Sequence record: DRR723986_576 | Strand: one strand, 5' to 3' | Length of the DNA stretch: 64,000 bases | In this document: piece by piece, positions 1-8,821 of the stretch | Numbering within the stretch: the stretch's first letter is position 1 | Layout: each line of letters begins with the position of its first letter | Notes under the pieces: generated by a model | What the model was told of the DNA's origin: nothing | The model's database searches: none | What the model saw: only the letters and a program-made list of their open reading frames with translations | Position numbers and translations under genes: made by a program

Positions 1-223
1 CCAGCGCGGCCCGATTTGCTGGAGGAATGACAACCGGTCAAAAAAGCCATCGAACTCGCGCTGGCAAGGCCAACCATGCCTTTCAGCAGGGTGCGACGTG
101 AAACAGGGGGCATACCGAGCCTCTCTATGTTACAAATACTGTAAATGTGCAGTATTGCACGGACCTGTTACAAGCGTAAGAAAGCCGCTTAAGCCTTGCC
201 TAGTGCTCGGCATCCACGTATTT

Positions 224-239
224 TGTACCAAACAGTACA
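224..239. promoter_or_regulatory. Putative TetR operator (TGTAC-N6-GTACA)
   Basis: Inverted repeat tgtac caaaca gtaca, 17 bp upstream of the TetR ATG. Confidence 0.5.
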
Positions 240-256
240 GAACCGAGAAGCATACC

Positions 257-862
257 ATGGCGCGACCACTCCAATTCGACCGCGACTCCGCTCTGCGCCA
301 AGCCACCGCGCTTTTTTGGACGCAGGGCTATCACGCCACGTCTCTGTCGATGTTGCTGGATTGCATGGGAATTGCGCGCAGTAGCTTCTATGCCAGCTTC
401 GTTGATAAGCGCAGCCTGTTTATGGAGTGCCTTGAGCTGTTCGGCCAGCGAACAGCGGCAAAGATGCCAGCGCTAACAACAGAAGCCCCGCTATCCGTCA
501 TTGGCGATTTTTTTGCGGCAACACTGTTGAATGTCAAAACAGAACAACTGCAAAAAGGCTGCCTGCTGGTCAATTCCATTCTTGAGCTGGCGGAAACCGA
601 TCCCCAGCTCAGCGAATTGTCGTCGAAACAGCTGAGTATTATTCAAGGTGCCTTCGAACAAGCACTGCACGCCGCCGCCGAACAAGGGCACTTTGTTTCA
701 ACGCTTTCCGCGGCGGAGGCAGCTGAGCAACTGATGATCATCAACCAGGGCCTGCGTGTACAAAGCCGCAAAGGCACCGACAAAACACAGCTGTGGAGCA
801 GCTTCCAGACCAGTTTACGGCTGCTTGGCCTCGACCCGTCCGCGACTGCCGTTTCACGTTAA
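257..862 (+). CDS. TetR/AcrR family transcriptional regulator (NemR-like)
   Basis: MARPLQFDRDSAL..FWTQGYHATS..GIARSSFYASF HTH and GCLLVN C-terminal motif; start trimmed from 98 to ATG257. Confidence 0.9.
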   Translation: MARPLQFDRDSALRQATALFWTQGYHATSLSMLLDCMGIARSSFYASFVDKRSLFMECLELFGQRTAAKMPALTTEAPLSVIGDFFAATLLNVKTEQLQKGCLLVNSILELAETDPQLSELSSKQLSIIQGAFEQALHAAAEQGHFVSTLSAAEAAEQLMIINQGLRVQSRKGTDKTQLWSSFQTSLRLLGLDPSATAVSR

Positions 863-893
863 CCGGATACCCCTAACCATACGGAGCAAAATA

Positions 894-1769
894 ATGACCA
901 ATAGCTTTCGTGCACAGAAGAAATTTATCGACATCGACGGCCGACAATTAGCGTATATCGAAAAAGGCAGCGGCGACCCGATTGTGCTGCTTCACGGCAA
1001 TCCCACATCGTCGTATTTGTGGCGAAACGTTATTCCGGAACTCGAGGGTAAGGGCCGTGTGATCGTGCCTGATCTCATCGGTCAGGGTGATTCTGAGAAG
1101 CTCCCACCGGAGCTTGGCCCCGAGCGCTACAGCTTTGCAACCGCGTATCAGTTTTTGGATCGCATGCTGAGCGCCTTGGGGGTTGATCGCAATGTCACCC
1201 TTGTGTTGCACGATTGGGGCAGCGGCCTTGGCTTCCACTGGGCTTGCGAACACCCCGATGCGATCGGCGGTATCGCTTATATGGAAGCCATTGTTACCAC
1301 GATTACCTGGGACGACTGGCCTGAGGCTGCAAAAGGAATTTTCCAGGGTTTTCGCAGCGACAGTGGAGAAGAACTCGTTCTGCAACGCAATATGTTTATC
1401 GAAGCGGTACTACCAAGCTCCATTATTCGTCAACTCAGTGACGAGGAAATGGCCGAATATCGCCGCCCGTTTTCTACCCCAGACGAGCGTCAGCCCACGC
1501 TGAATTGGCCGCGACAAATTCCTATAAATGGCGAACCCGCCGACGTTCACACCATTGTGGAGCGCTACTCGCAGTTTATGGCGAAGTCTGATTTTCCCAA
1601 GCTATTTATTAATGCCGAGCCGGGGTCAATTCTGGTTGGCCGGCAGCGCGAGCTCTGCCGGTCCTGGCCCAACCAACAAGAGGTTACCGTTAAGGGCCTG
1701 CACTTTATTCAGGAAGACTCCCCGCAGGAAATCGGCCAGGCTATCGCCCAGTGGCTACAAATGCGCTAA
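894..1769 (+). CDS. Haloalkane dehalogenase (HLD-II, LinB/DhaA-like)
   Basis: LLHGNPTSSYLWRN, nucleophile motif HDWGS, YMEA, GLHFIQEDSP; GGAG RBS before ATG894. Confidence 0.9.
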   Translation: MTNSFRAQKKFIDIDGRQLAYIEKGSGDPIVLLHGNPTSSYLWRNVIPELEGKGRVIVPDLIGQGDSEKLPPELGPERYSFATAYQFLDRMLSALGVDRNVTLVLHDWGSGLGFHWACEHPDAIGGIAYMEAIVTTITWDDWPEAAKGIFQGFRSDSGEELVLQRNMFIEAVLPSSIIRQLSDEEMAEYRRPFSTPDERQPTLNWPRQIPINGEPADVHTIVERYSQFMAKSDFPKLFINAEPGSILVGRQRELCRSWPNQQEVTVKGLHFIQEDSPQEIGQAIAQWLQMR

Positions 1770-1795
1770 GCCGTTATTAACGTGTTGAGAGAACA

Positions 1796-2206
1796 ATGAA
1801 ACCACTTTCTCTAGTACTAATTTTTAAGATCCTCGGCACCGTAATCCTCTGGTGCCTCCCACTGCTGTTATTCCCGGCGACCATGCTGGAAAGCCTCGGC
1901 CTCCCGGCGCAGAACAGCTATATGTTCGTTCGCCTACTGGGCTGGGCATATTTAGCCCTGTGTGTGGGTTATGGCTTTGCGCTGCGTGAAGCGCTCCGTG
2001 GGCGGCGCCTGATGGGGCCGATCTGGGTGGGCATCGTCAGCAACGGCGGAGCGTGTCTGTACCTACTGTATTTCGGGAGCATTGGCACATGGAGTCAATG
2101 GGGCGCCAGCCTACAATTTATCACCTGGGGCTCAGTTTTTGCGACAGCATTGATTACGCTTGGCCTCTTTTTATTTGGCGTGCGTGGCCAAGAGCCCCTC
2201 GCCTAA
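1796..2206 (+). CDS. Small hypothetical membrane protein (~4 TM)
   Basis: 136 aa, several hydrophobic segments, operon position. Confidence 0.75.
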   Translation: MKPLSLVLIFKILGTVILWCLPLLLFPATMLESLGLPAQNSYMFVRLLGWAYLALCVGYGFALREALRGRRLMGPIWVGIVSNGGACLYLLYFGSIGTWSQWGASLQFITWGSVFATALITLGLFLFGVRGQEPLA

Positions 2207-2232
2207 TCACGGTAGTGTGCAGGTATATTTTT

Positions 2233-2727
2233 ATGCAAATTAGAGACGCCAAAGACAGTGACTGGGATCAAATCTGGCCATTTTTCCAAGATATTGCACA
2301 AGCGGCAGAAACCTATGCCTACGAACCGGACATCGACAAACACGCAGCACAAAACCTGTGGATGCAATTACCTCGACGCACCTTTGTAGCAGAGGAAGAC
2401 GGTGTCGTACTCGGCAGTTATTACATAAAAACGAATCAAGCCGGCCCCGGTAATCATGTATGTAACTGCGGTTATATGGTTTCCTCCGCAGCTCGAGGCC
2501 GAGGGCTTGCCACCGCGATGTGCGAGCACTCTCAACGTCTTGCACTTGAGTTGGGCTATAAAGCAATGCAGTTCAATTTCGTTGCGTCGAGCAATGAGGG
2601 AGCGGTTAGACTCTGGCGCAAACTTGGCTTTGATATCGTTGGTCGCATTCCCAATGCCTTTAATCACCCAAAGCAGGGATACGTTGACGCCTTCGTAATG
2701 TACAAGTGGCTGGCAGCAGAAAGTTGA
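2233..2727 (+). CDS. GNAT family N-acetyltransferase
   Basis: ARGRGLA acetyl-CoA motif; AMQFNFVASSNEGAVRLWRKLGF. Confidence 0.9.
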   Translation: MQIRDAKDSDWDQIWPFFQDIAQAAETYAYEPDIDKHAAQNLWMQLPRRTFVAEEDGVVLGSYYIKTNQAGPGNHVCNCGYMVSSAARGRGLATAMCEHSQRLALELGYKAMQFNFVASSNEGAVRLWRKLGFDIVGRIPNAFNHPKQGYVDAFVMYKWLAAES

Positions 2728-2751
2728 CCCTGTGAACGAATCCTTTATAGT

Positions 2752-2872
2752 CGTCGGACATTCCTCCCAATAAGGAGTCTTCGTCCAGTGAACAATTAAT
2801 GCCTCCGTCTCTATGACGGCCGTTCTCGTCCCCAGTGCTATGGGGTGGTTCTTGGCGTTTATGGTATTCACA
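2752..2872 (+). promoter_or_regulatory. Structured leader with overlapping micro-uORFs upstream of ABC-F
   Basis: AAGGAG in a hairpin; GTG AAC AAT TAA (2788-2799) overlaps ATG CCT CCG TCT CTA TGA (2799-2816), which overlaps in-frame ATG2813; hairpins ccgtc/gacgg and cccca/tgggg. Confidence 0.5.
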
Positions 2873-4486
2873 ATGACGAAGCTTCTTCTGACACTGGAAA
2901 ATGTGTCTTATTCACTGCCGAATGGCAGCACGCTCTTCACAAATGTACACGCTAAACTCAGCGACACGTCAGTGGGCTTGGTGGGCCGCAATGGCGTGGG
3001 CAAAAGTGTGTTAGCACGCATTCTCGCCAAGCAAGTGGCCCCGACATCGGGTCATTGCCATCACTACGGGTCGGTGTACTACCTGCCGCAACAACTGCCG
3101 CTAACCGCCAAGACAACGCTGGCCGAGCTGGCCGGGGTGGGCCCCGAAATCGGTGCGCTGGCACGTATTGAACAAGGCAGTGTTGACCCAGATGATTTCA
3201 AAATACTGGGGGAGCGCTGGGACATTCGTCAGGAACTACAGCAAATAGTCGCCTCGGCCGGACTCGCCGCCACCCCCGCAGCAACGCTCGCCTGCAAGCT
3301 CAGCGGTGGCCAGGCCATGCGCATCGCGCTGGCCGGGGCAATGTACGCAAAGCCCGACTTGCTGATTTTGGACGAGCCCAGTAATCACCTCGATGGCGAG
3401 CATCGCCAGGCCCTTATTCAGCAACTACAAAATTGGAAGAGTGGCCTGCTCGTCATTAGCCATGACCGGCAGCTGCTTAATACGCTTGAACATATCATCG
3501 AACTTTCTCCGTCTGGCCTGAGTCACTACGGCGGCAACTACGCCTTTTATTCACAGCGCAAGGCAGCTGAACAGCGTGTAGCGCTGGAGACCCTTGAACA
3601 GAGAAAGCGACAACGCAGGCGCGAGGAGCGCAGCATGCAGCAACACCGCGAGCGTATCGCTCGTCGTCAGGCGCGGGGCAAAACGCAGCGCAGGGAAGGC
3701 AGCCAATCAAAGCTCATCCTCGACAGCCGGCAGCAGCGCAGCGAAAACGCATCTGGAAAACTGCAACGCCAACATGACGCCAGACGAAACTCGCTGGTGG
3801 AGACCATTCACAGCGCGCAAAAAGCGCTCGATAACGCCGCCGTTATCGCGGTGCACAACCCCAACCAGGGCCTCCACTCCCGCCGTGTTGCCGAGTTCAA
3901 CGACATTCAGCTGCCCTTCGTTTCGCACTCTACACCGCTGAACATTACGCTCACCACACAGCATAAGGTCGGGATTGTCGGCCCAAATGGCAGCGGTAAA
4001 TCCACTTTGCTGCAGGTGATTGCCGGGGTATTGAAACCCCGCAGTGGCGACGTTTATACAACGAAGCAATGCGCCTACCTCGGCCAACACCTCAGCGCCC
4101 TGGATCCGCAGCGTTCGGCGTTAGCACAGTTGCGTGAGATCAGCCCCAACACCCCCGAAGAACAGCAGCGCATGCGCCTGGCCCAGCTGGGTTTAGGGCC
4201 CGATAAGTTGCTTGCCCCCTGCCGCGAGCTCAGCGGCGGTGAGCAACTTAAGGCTTATCTGGCCTGCCTGTTATACGCCGACTCACCACCCAACTTGCTA
4301 TTGCTGGACGAGCCCAGCAACCATCTCGACCTGCCCTCACTGAGCGCTCTGGAATCTATGCTGCGCGACTATTCCGGCTGTTTGGTGGTGGTCTCTCACG
4401 ACAGCTACTTTTTATCTGAGCTTCAATTAAGCCATCGGCTACGACTCAGCCCGCCGCACTGGCAACTGGAACCCTGGCGAGACTAA
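2873..4486 (+). CDS. ABC-F family ATPase (two NBDs, no TM domain)
   Basis: GRNGVGKS and GPNGSGKS Walker A, LSGGQ/LSGGE, two LDEPSNHLD, R/Q-rich linker; start is 2873 or 2813. Confidence 0.88.
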   Translation: MTKLLLTLENVSYSLPNGSTLFTNVHAKLSDTSVGLVGRNGVGKSVLARILAKQVAPTSGHCHHYGSVYYLPQQLPLTAKTTLAELAGVGPEIGALARIEQGSVDPDDFKILGERWDIRQELQQIVASAGLAATPAATLACKLSGGQAMRIALAGAMYAKPDLLILDEPSNHLDGEHRQALIQQLQNWKSGLLVISHDRQLLNTLEHIIELSPSGLSHYGGNYAFYSQRKAAEQRVALETLEQRKRQRRREERSMQQHRERIARRQARGKTQRREGSQSKLILDSRQQRSENASGKLQRQHDARRNSLVETIHSAQKALDNAAVIAVHNPNQGLHSRRVAEFNDIQLPFVSHSTPLNITLTTQHKVGIVGPNGSGKSTLLQVIAGVLKPRSGDVYTTKQCAYLGQHLSALDPQRSALAQLREISPNTPEEQQRMRLAQLGLGPDKLLAPCRELSGGEQLKAYLACLLYADSPPNLLLLDEPSNHLDLPSLSALESMLRDYSGCLVVVSHDSYFLSELQLSHRLRLSPPHWQLEPWRD

Positions 4487-4493
4487 TTTGTTA

Positions 4494-4510
4494 TTGATAA
4501 CGATTATCAA
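4494..4510. promoter_or_regulatory. Fur box
   Basis: TTGATAACGATTATCAA fits the 7-1-7 TGATAATnATTATCA pattern with one mismatch, upstream of a TonB receptor. Confidence 0.85.
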
Positions 4511-4555
4511 CTACTCTACCATTCCCGAAATTTCTCGCCCTCTCAAGGACCGACC

Positions 4556-6661
4556 ATGCGCCAGCCACCTTCGTTTTACCGCTGCCTACTTTGCACCAGC
4601 CTCACCGTACTGGCATTGCCAGCCCATGCCGATGACAAGGTTGAAGAAGTGGTAGTCACTGCCAGCCGTGTCGAAAAACCACTGAGCACGATCCCCAATA
4701 CCGTCACCGTTATTGATCAAGCAGCTCTTGCTCAGCAGCTGTCTATTCAAAACGACCTGTCCAGTGTGTTGGGAAAACTGATCCCCAGCTTTTCGCCAGC
4801 GCGCCAAAAGATGACCAACGCCGGAGAGACCTTGCGAGGCCGCAAGCCGCTGTATTTGATTGACGGCATTCCCCAATCCAACCCCTTGCGCAGCGGTGGC
4901 CGCGACGGCCATACCATCTCGCCGCTGATGCTCGAACGAGTGGAAGTCTTGCACGGCGCCAACGCCATTCACGGGCTCGGCGCGGCCGGCGGTATCATTA
5001 ACCTGATCACCAAACGCCCTACGGAAACCCTTGAGCAAAGCCTGCGCGTTGACGTCGGCTTTCAAACCGAGCGCGTCAGCGAAAGCCTGGACCGAGGAGT
5101 GCACTACAGCGTTTCCAATCGCATCGACCAATTCGACGTGTTGGCCAGCGTGGGCTTTCGCGACAATGGCATCGCATACGACGCCAACGGTGAGGTGATC
5201 GGGGTTGACAACACACAGGGCGATACCATGGCCTCTGAGCAATATGATGTCTTCCTGAAAACCGGTTACAACTGGAATGACCAGCGCGTCGAACTGATGG
5301 TCAATCGCTTCAATGTCGAAAGCGACCACAAGTGGACCTCGGTTCCCGGCGACGTGGATGCCGACATCCCCACCACCGCCATCCGCGCAGAACTGCCCGC
5401 CGAAGGTGCGCGCAACCGCGTTACCACTATCGGCTTAAGCTACGAGAACCCCGAGATACTCGGGCATAGCCTGCGGGTTCAGGCATTCAAGCAAGATTTC
5501 GAAGCCACATACGGGGCTCAAATTACCCCAATAGCCACGTTTCAGGACCCAGCGTACGGACCAGACCTGATTGACCAGTCGCAGAATAACTCCGAGAAAA
5601 TTGGTGCCAAAATTACCCTGGCCAAAGATCAGGTCGGCGGCCTGCCACTGTCCTTGGTTTACGGTATCGACATCCTGCAAGACAAAACCTGGCAAGAGCT
5701 GGTGCAAACCGGCCGCGCCTGGGTACCAGAAACCCGCTACAACAACTACGCGCCCTACCTGCAAGCCGAGTTCACCGGCATTGAAAATGCCACACTAACG
5801 GCGGGAGTACGCCACGAAGAATCCAAGCTCGATGTGGACGACTTTACCACCCTGTTCCGCTACGGCAGCCAATTCGTGAAGGGCGGCGCGCCCGATTTTT
5901 CAGAAACCCTGTACAACATCGGCGGCACGTATCAGTTCACCGAGCGCTGGCGCGCATTTGCCAATTACGCCGAGGCCTTTTCCATGCCGGACGTCGGCCG
6001 CGTATTGCGAGGCATTGATCAGCCAGACCAGGACGTTGAGTCCTTTTTGAACCTGCAGCCTATTCTCACTGAAAACAGCGAATTGGGCGTTGAATACGAC
6101 AACGGCACCGTGAATGCACAGTTGAGCTACTATGTTTCCGACTCGGACTTCGGCCAGCGTTTGCAACGCGGCGCAGACGGGATATACACCGTTAAGCGCG
6201 AGAAAACCGAAGTCGATGGCATTGAAATGCGCCTGGCATGGAATGCCACGGAGGCCGACATCTTTGACCTGCGCTACGCACAGGCAGAGGGTCGTTACGA
6301 CTCTGACCAGGACGGTAAAGTGGACTCAGACCTCGGCGGCACCAACATTTCACCGGACCGCGTGAACCTCAGTTGGCAGCGCCAGTGGACCCCCGCGCTC
6401 AGCTCGCGTATTCAGGTGAACCACCTGCGCGAACGCCGCGTGAAAGACAGCAACGATGTTACCGTCAATCAGTTTGACGGCTACACCACCGTCGATGCCA
6501 GCGCTGAGATCAATGTCGGGCCCGGCGTGCTGAGCGTGTCAGTCCAGAATCTGACTAACCGCGACTACTACACCTATTATTCGCAGAGCAGCCCCAACGA
6601 CCTGCGCAACTTCAAAGGCATTGGTCGCAGCTTTGGTATGGCCTACCAGCTGAATTTCTAA
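4556..6661 (+). CDS. TonB-dependent siderophore receptor (IutA/RhtA-like)
   Basis: Signal peptide, EEVVVTASR TonB box, plug LRGRKPLYLIDGIPQ, C-terminal F, Fur box. Confidence 0.9.
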   Translation: MRQPPSFYRCLLCTSLTVLALPAHADDKVEEVVVTASRVEKPLSTIPNTVTVIDQAALAQQLSIQNDLSSVLGKLIPSFSPARQKMTNAGETLRGRKPLYLIDGIPQSNPLRSGGRDGHTISPLMLERVEVLHGANAIHGLGAAGGIINLITKRPTETLEQSLRVDVGFQTERVSESLDRGVHYSVSNRIDQFDVLASVGFRDNGIAYDANGEVIGVDNTQGDTMASEQYDVFLKTGYNWNDQRVELMVNRFNVESDHKWTSVPGDVDADIPTTAIRAELPAEGARNRVTTIGLSYENPEILGHSLRVQAFKQDFEATYGAQITPIATFQDPAYGPDLIDQSQNNSEKIGAKITLAKDQVGGLPLSLVYGIDILQDKTWQELVQTGRAWVPETRYNNYAPYLQAEFTGIENATLTAGVRHEESKLDVDDFTTLFRYGSQFVKGGAPDFSETLYNIGGTYQFTERWRAFANYAEAFSMPDVGRVLRGIDQPDQDVESFLNLQPILTENSELGVEYDNGTVNAQLSYYVSDSDFGQRLQRGADGIYTVKREKTEVDGIEMRLAWNATEADIFDLRYAQAEGRYDSDQDGKVDSDLGGTNISPDRVNLSWQRQWTPALSSRIQVNHLRERRVKDSNDVTVNQFDGYTTVDASAEINVGPGVLSVSVQNLTNRDYYTYYSQSSPNDLRNFKGIGRSFGMAYQLNF

Positions 6662-6674
6662 GGCGCTTTTCGCA

Positions 6675-7778
6675 GTGTCTGACACGGCCTCAAACCCACC
6701 CCGGCGGCCGCGCAAAGTTCGCGCGCCGGGCCTGTGGCGCTGGCATCTATGGGCCGGCCTTGCCGGGCTTGGCGTATTACTTGTCGCGGCCGTCAGCGGT
6801 GCCTTGTTGGTCTATCAGAAGGAGTTAGTCGCGGCGATTGTCACTCCCGATGCAAGCCTGCCTGCCGACTACCGCCATCAACAATTGGCCGAGGAGCTTT
6901 CGGCACTGGCAAGCCAGCGGGGTATCGACCAGGCGCTGAAATTAAAAGCCCCCAGCCAACTGGAGCCCTACTGGACGGTGCGCCACGCAGAGGGCTTAGA
7001 ACTGCTGGCCCTGGGCAGCCTTCAGCCCTATACCAATAATCTTTGGTTTCTCGACGTCATCTCATTTATTCGCGAGCTGCACGTCGATCTTCTCAGCGGT
7101 GAGATCGGCGAAGCGTTGTTATTGGTGGCTGGCGTGCTCGCACTATTTCTCTGTATCAGCGGCGTCATCTTGTGGTGGCCAGGCCGCCGCGGATTTCGCT
7201 GGCGCTGGGTGCTCCCCAAAAAATTACGCCCCTCACAATGGCTGCAATACCATCGGCATACCGGCGCCGTGAGCAGCCCCATTCTATTATTGATCCTACT
7301 CACGGGCAGCTTGATGCTCTGGCAAAAACTCATTTTCCCCCTGCTGCCACCCAACCCCGTCTTCACGGTGAAAAGCGCTGAGCCCCAAACCCCAACATCG
7401 GCAATAAGCAGAGGCTACCTGCTGGCACATCGGGAAATTGACGGAAGCTGGCCCACTTACATCACCATTGGCCGCGAACAAGGGGATGTAATGCTAAAAG
7501 TGCGCTTCCGCCTCAATGGCGAATGGCACCTCAATGGCCGCACTACCGTGTGGCTTAATACTCGCAGCGGAGAACTCCGTCGCACCGAGCGCGCCGACAA
7601 CATGCCAACAACACGTAGGCTGCTGAACCAGCTCTACCCCCTCCACTCCGGCTTCGGCATGAATACCCCCTACCGCCTGTTAACCCTTCTCAGCGGTATC
7701 GTGCTGGCGTGGTTGTGCCTTACTGGCGGCTTACACTATTACAAGCGATGGCAGAAACGAAGCGCCAAAGCCCGGTAG
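6675..7778 (+). CDS. PepSY-associated TM helix protein (putative ferrisiderophore reductase)
   Basis: WHLWAGL, ELHVDL, SGVILWWP, HRHTG and PLHSG histidine motifs. Confidence 0.85.
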   Translation: MSDTASNPPRRPRKVRAPGLWRWHLWAGLAGLGVLLVAAVSGALLVYQKELVAAIVTPDASLPADYRHQQLAEELSALASQRGIDQALKLKAPSQLEPYWTVRHAEGLELLALGSLQPYTNNLWFLDVISFIRELHVDLLSGEIGEALLLVAGVLALFLCISGVILWWPGRRGFRWRWVLPKKLRPSQWLQYHRHTGAVSSPILLLILLTGSLMLWQKLIFPLLPPNPVFTVKSAEPQTPTSAISRGYLLAHREIDGSWPTYITIGREQGDVMLKVRFRLNGEWHLNGRTTVWLNTRSGELRRTERADNMPTTRRLLNQLYPLHSGFGMNTPYRLLTLLSGIVLAWLCLTGGLHYYKRWQKRSAKAR

Positions 7779-7786
7779 CGGCAAAA

Positions 7787-8641
7787 CTACTCAGGCCCTT
7801 CCAACCGCAACGACTGCAGGCCCTGCTCAATACTTTCAAGGTGCTCGCGCAAGCCGGCTTTGCTGGCGGAAATACCCACCGCCAAAATATCGAGCACCGT
7901 CATATGGGCCAGCCGTGAAGGTAGCGGCGTATAAGCGCCTTTGTCGTTATCGACATCTACGTAGATTGGTAGGTCGCTCAGCTCTGCGATAGGGCTGCCT
8001 GACGGCGCCAGGGCAATAACCGGCGCGCCGTTGTTCTTGGCCAGTTTGATGGCATCTAGCAAGGCCCGGGTACGGCCGGACTGGGAGATAGCCACCACCA
8101 CATCGTCGGCGTGCAGGGACATGGCTGACATGGCCTGCACGTGGGGGTCGGCATAGACGCTGGCGCTGATTTGCAGGCGAAAGAAGTTGTGCTGGGCATC
8201 GTGGGCAACTGCCGCTGAAGCACCAAAACCGTAAAACTCCACCCGGCGCGCATTGCTGAGCAGCTCCACCGCTTTTTCAATGGCATCCACTTCTATGCTG
8301 TCGCGCACCCGCTTAAGCGCTTCCATAGTGGCGTCGAACACCTTAAAGGTGTACTGCCGAGCACTGTCTTCATCGCCGTAGCTCACCGCCTCATATTCAG
8401 GACTGTGCGCCACATGCTGAGCCAGGGCAACTTTGAAATTCTGAAAACCGTCGCAACCGACCGCCCGACAAAAGCGCACCACAGTTGGCTCGCTAACGTG
8501 GGCTTCCTGCGCCAGATCGACAATGCGCATATGAATCACTTCGCGGCGATTGGCGAGGATATAGTCGGCCACCTTGCGCTCGCTGCGGCGCATGGCCTCG
8601 CGGCTGGTTTCAATGGCGCGGATGATATTTCTGGGTTTCAC
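7787..8641 (-). CDS. RpiR/MurR family regulator (HexR/RccR-like)
   Basis: SERKVADYIL, VSEPTVVRFCRAVGCDGF HTH plus SIS domain; probable GTG start at 8641. Confidence 0.9.
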   Translation of the reverse strand: MKPRNIIRAIETSREAMRRSERKVADYILANRREVIHMRIVDLAQEAHVSEPTVVRFCRAVGCDGFQNFKVALAQHVAHSPEYEAVSYGDEDSARQYTFKVFDATMEALKRVRDSIEVDAIEKAVELLSNARRVEFYGFGASAAVAHDAQHNFFRLQISASVYADPHVQAMSAMSLHADDVVVAISQSGRTRALLDAIKLAKNNGAPVIALAPSGSPIAELSDLPIYVDVDNDKGAYTPLPSRLAHMTVLDILAVGISASKAGLREHLESIEQGLQSLRLEGPE

Positions 8642-8821
8642 GACACACTCAAACTGGCGGATATAACGCGATTGTACCCTATGCAAACTTTACAGGTAGG
8701 CGCCGGTTGCGCATTCATTTTATTTACTTGTGGAAATAGTTTCTTTTTGACATCGTTTTGGTACATACCTAGTATGGTCATCTCATCAGTCCTCATTTAA
8801 TAAAAACAAAAGGAATTGACG

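Noticed and set aside
1-256. Possible gene end (..PDLLEE-stop at 30) and upstream extension of the tetR ORF from 98
   Set aside because: Too little sequence to call; the extension lacks TetR similarity and covers the putative operator
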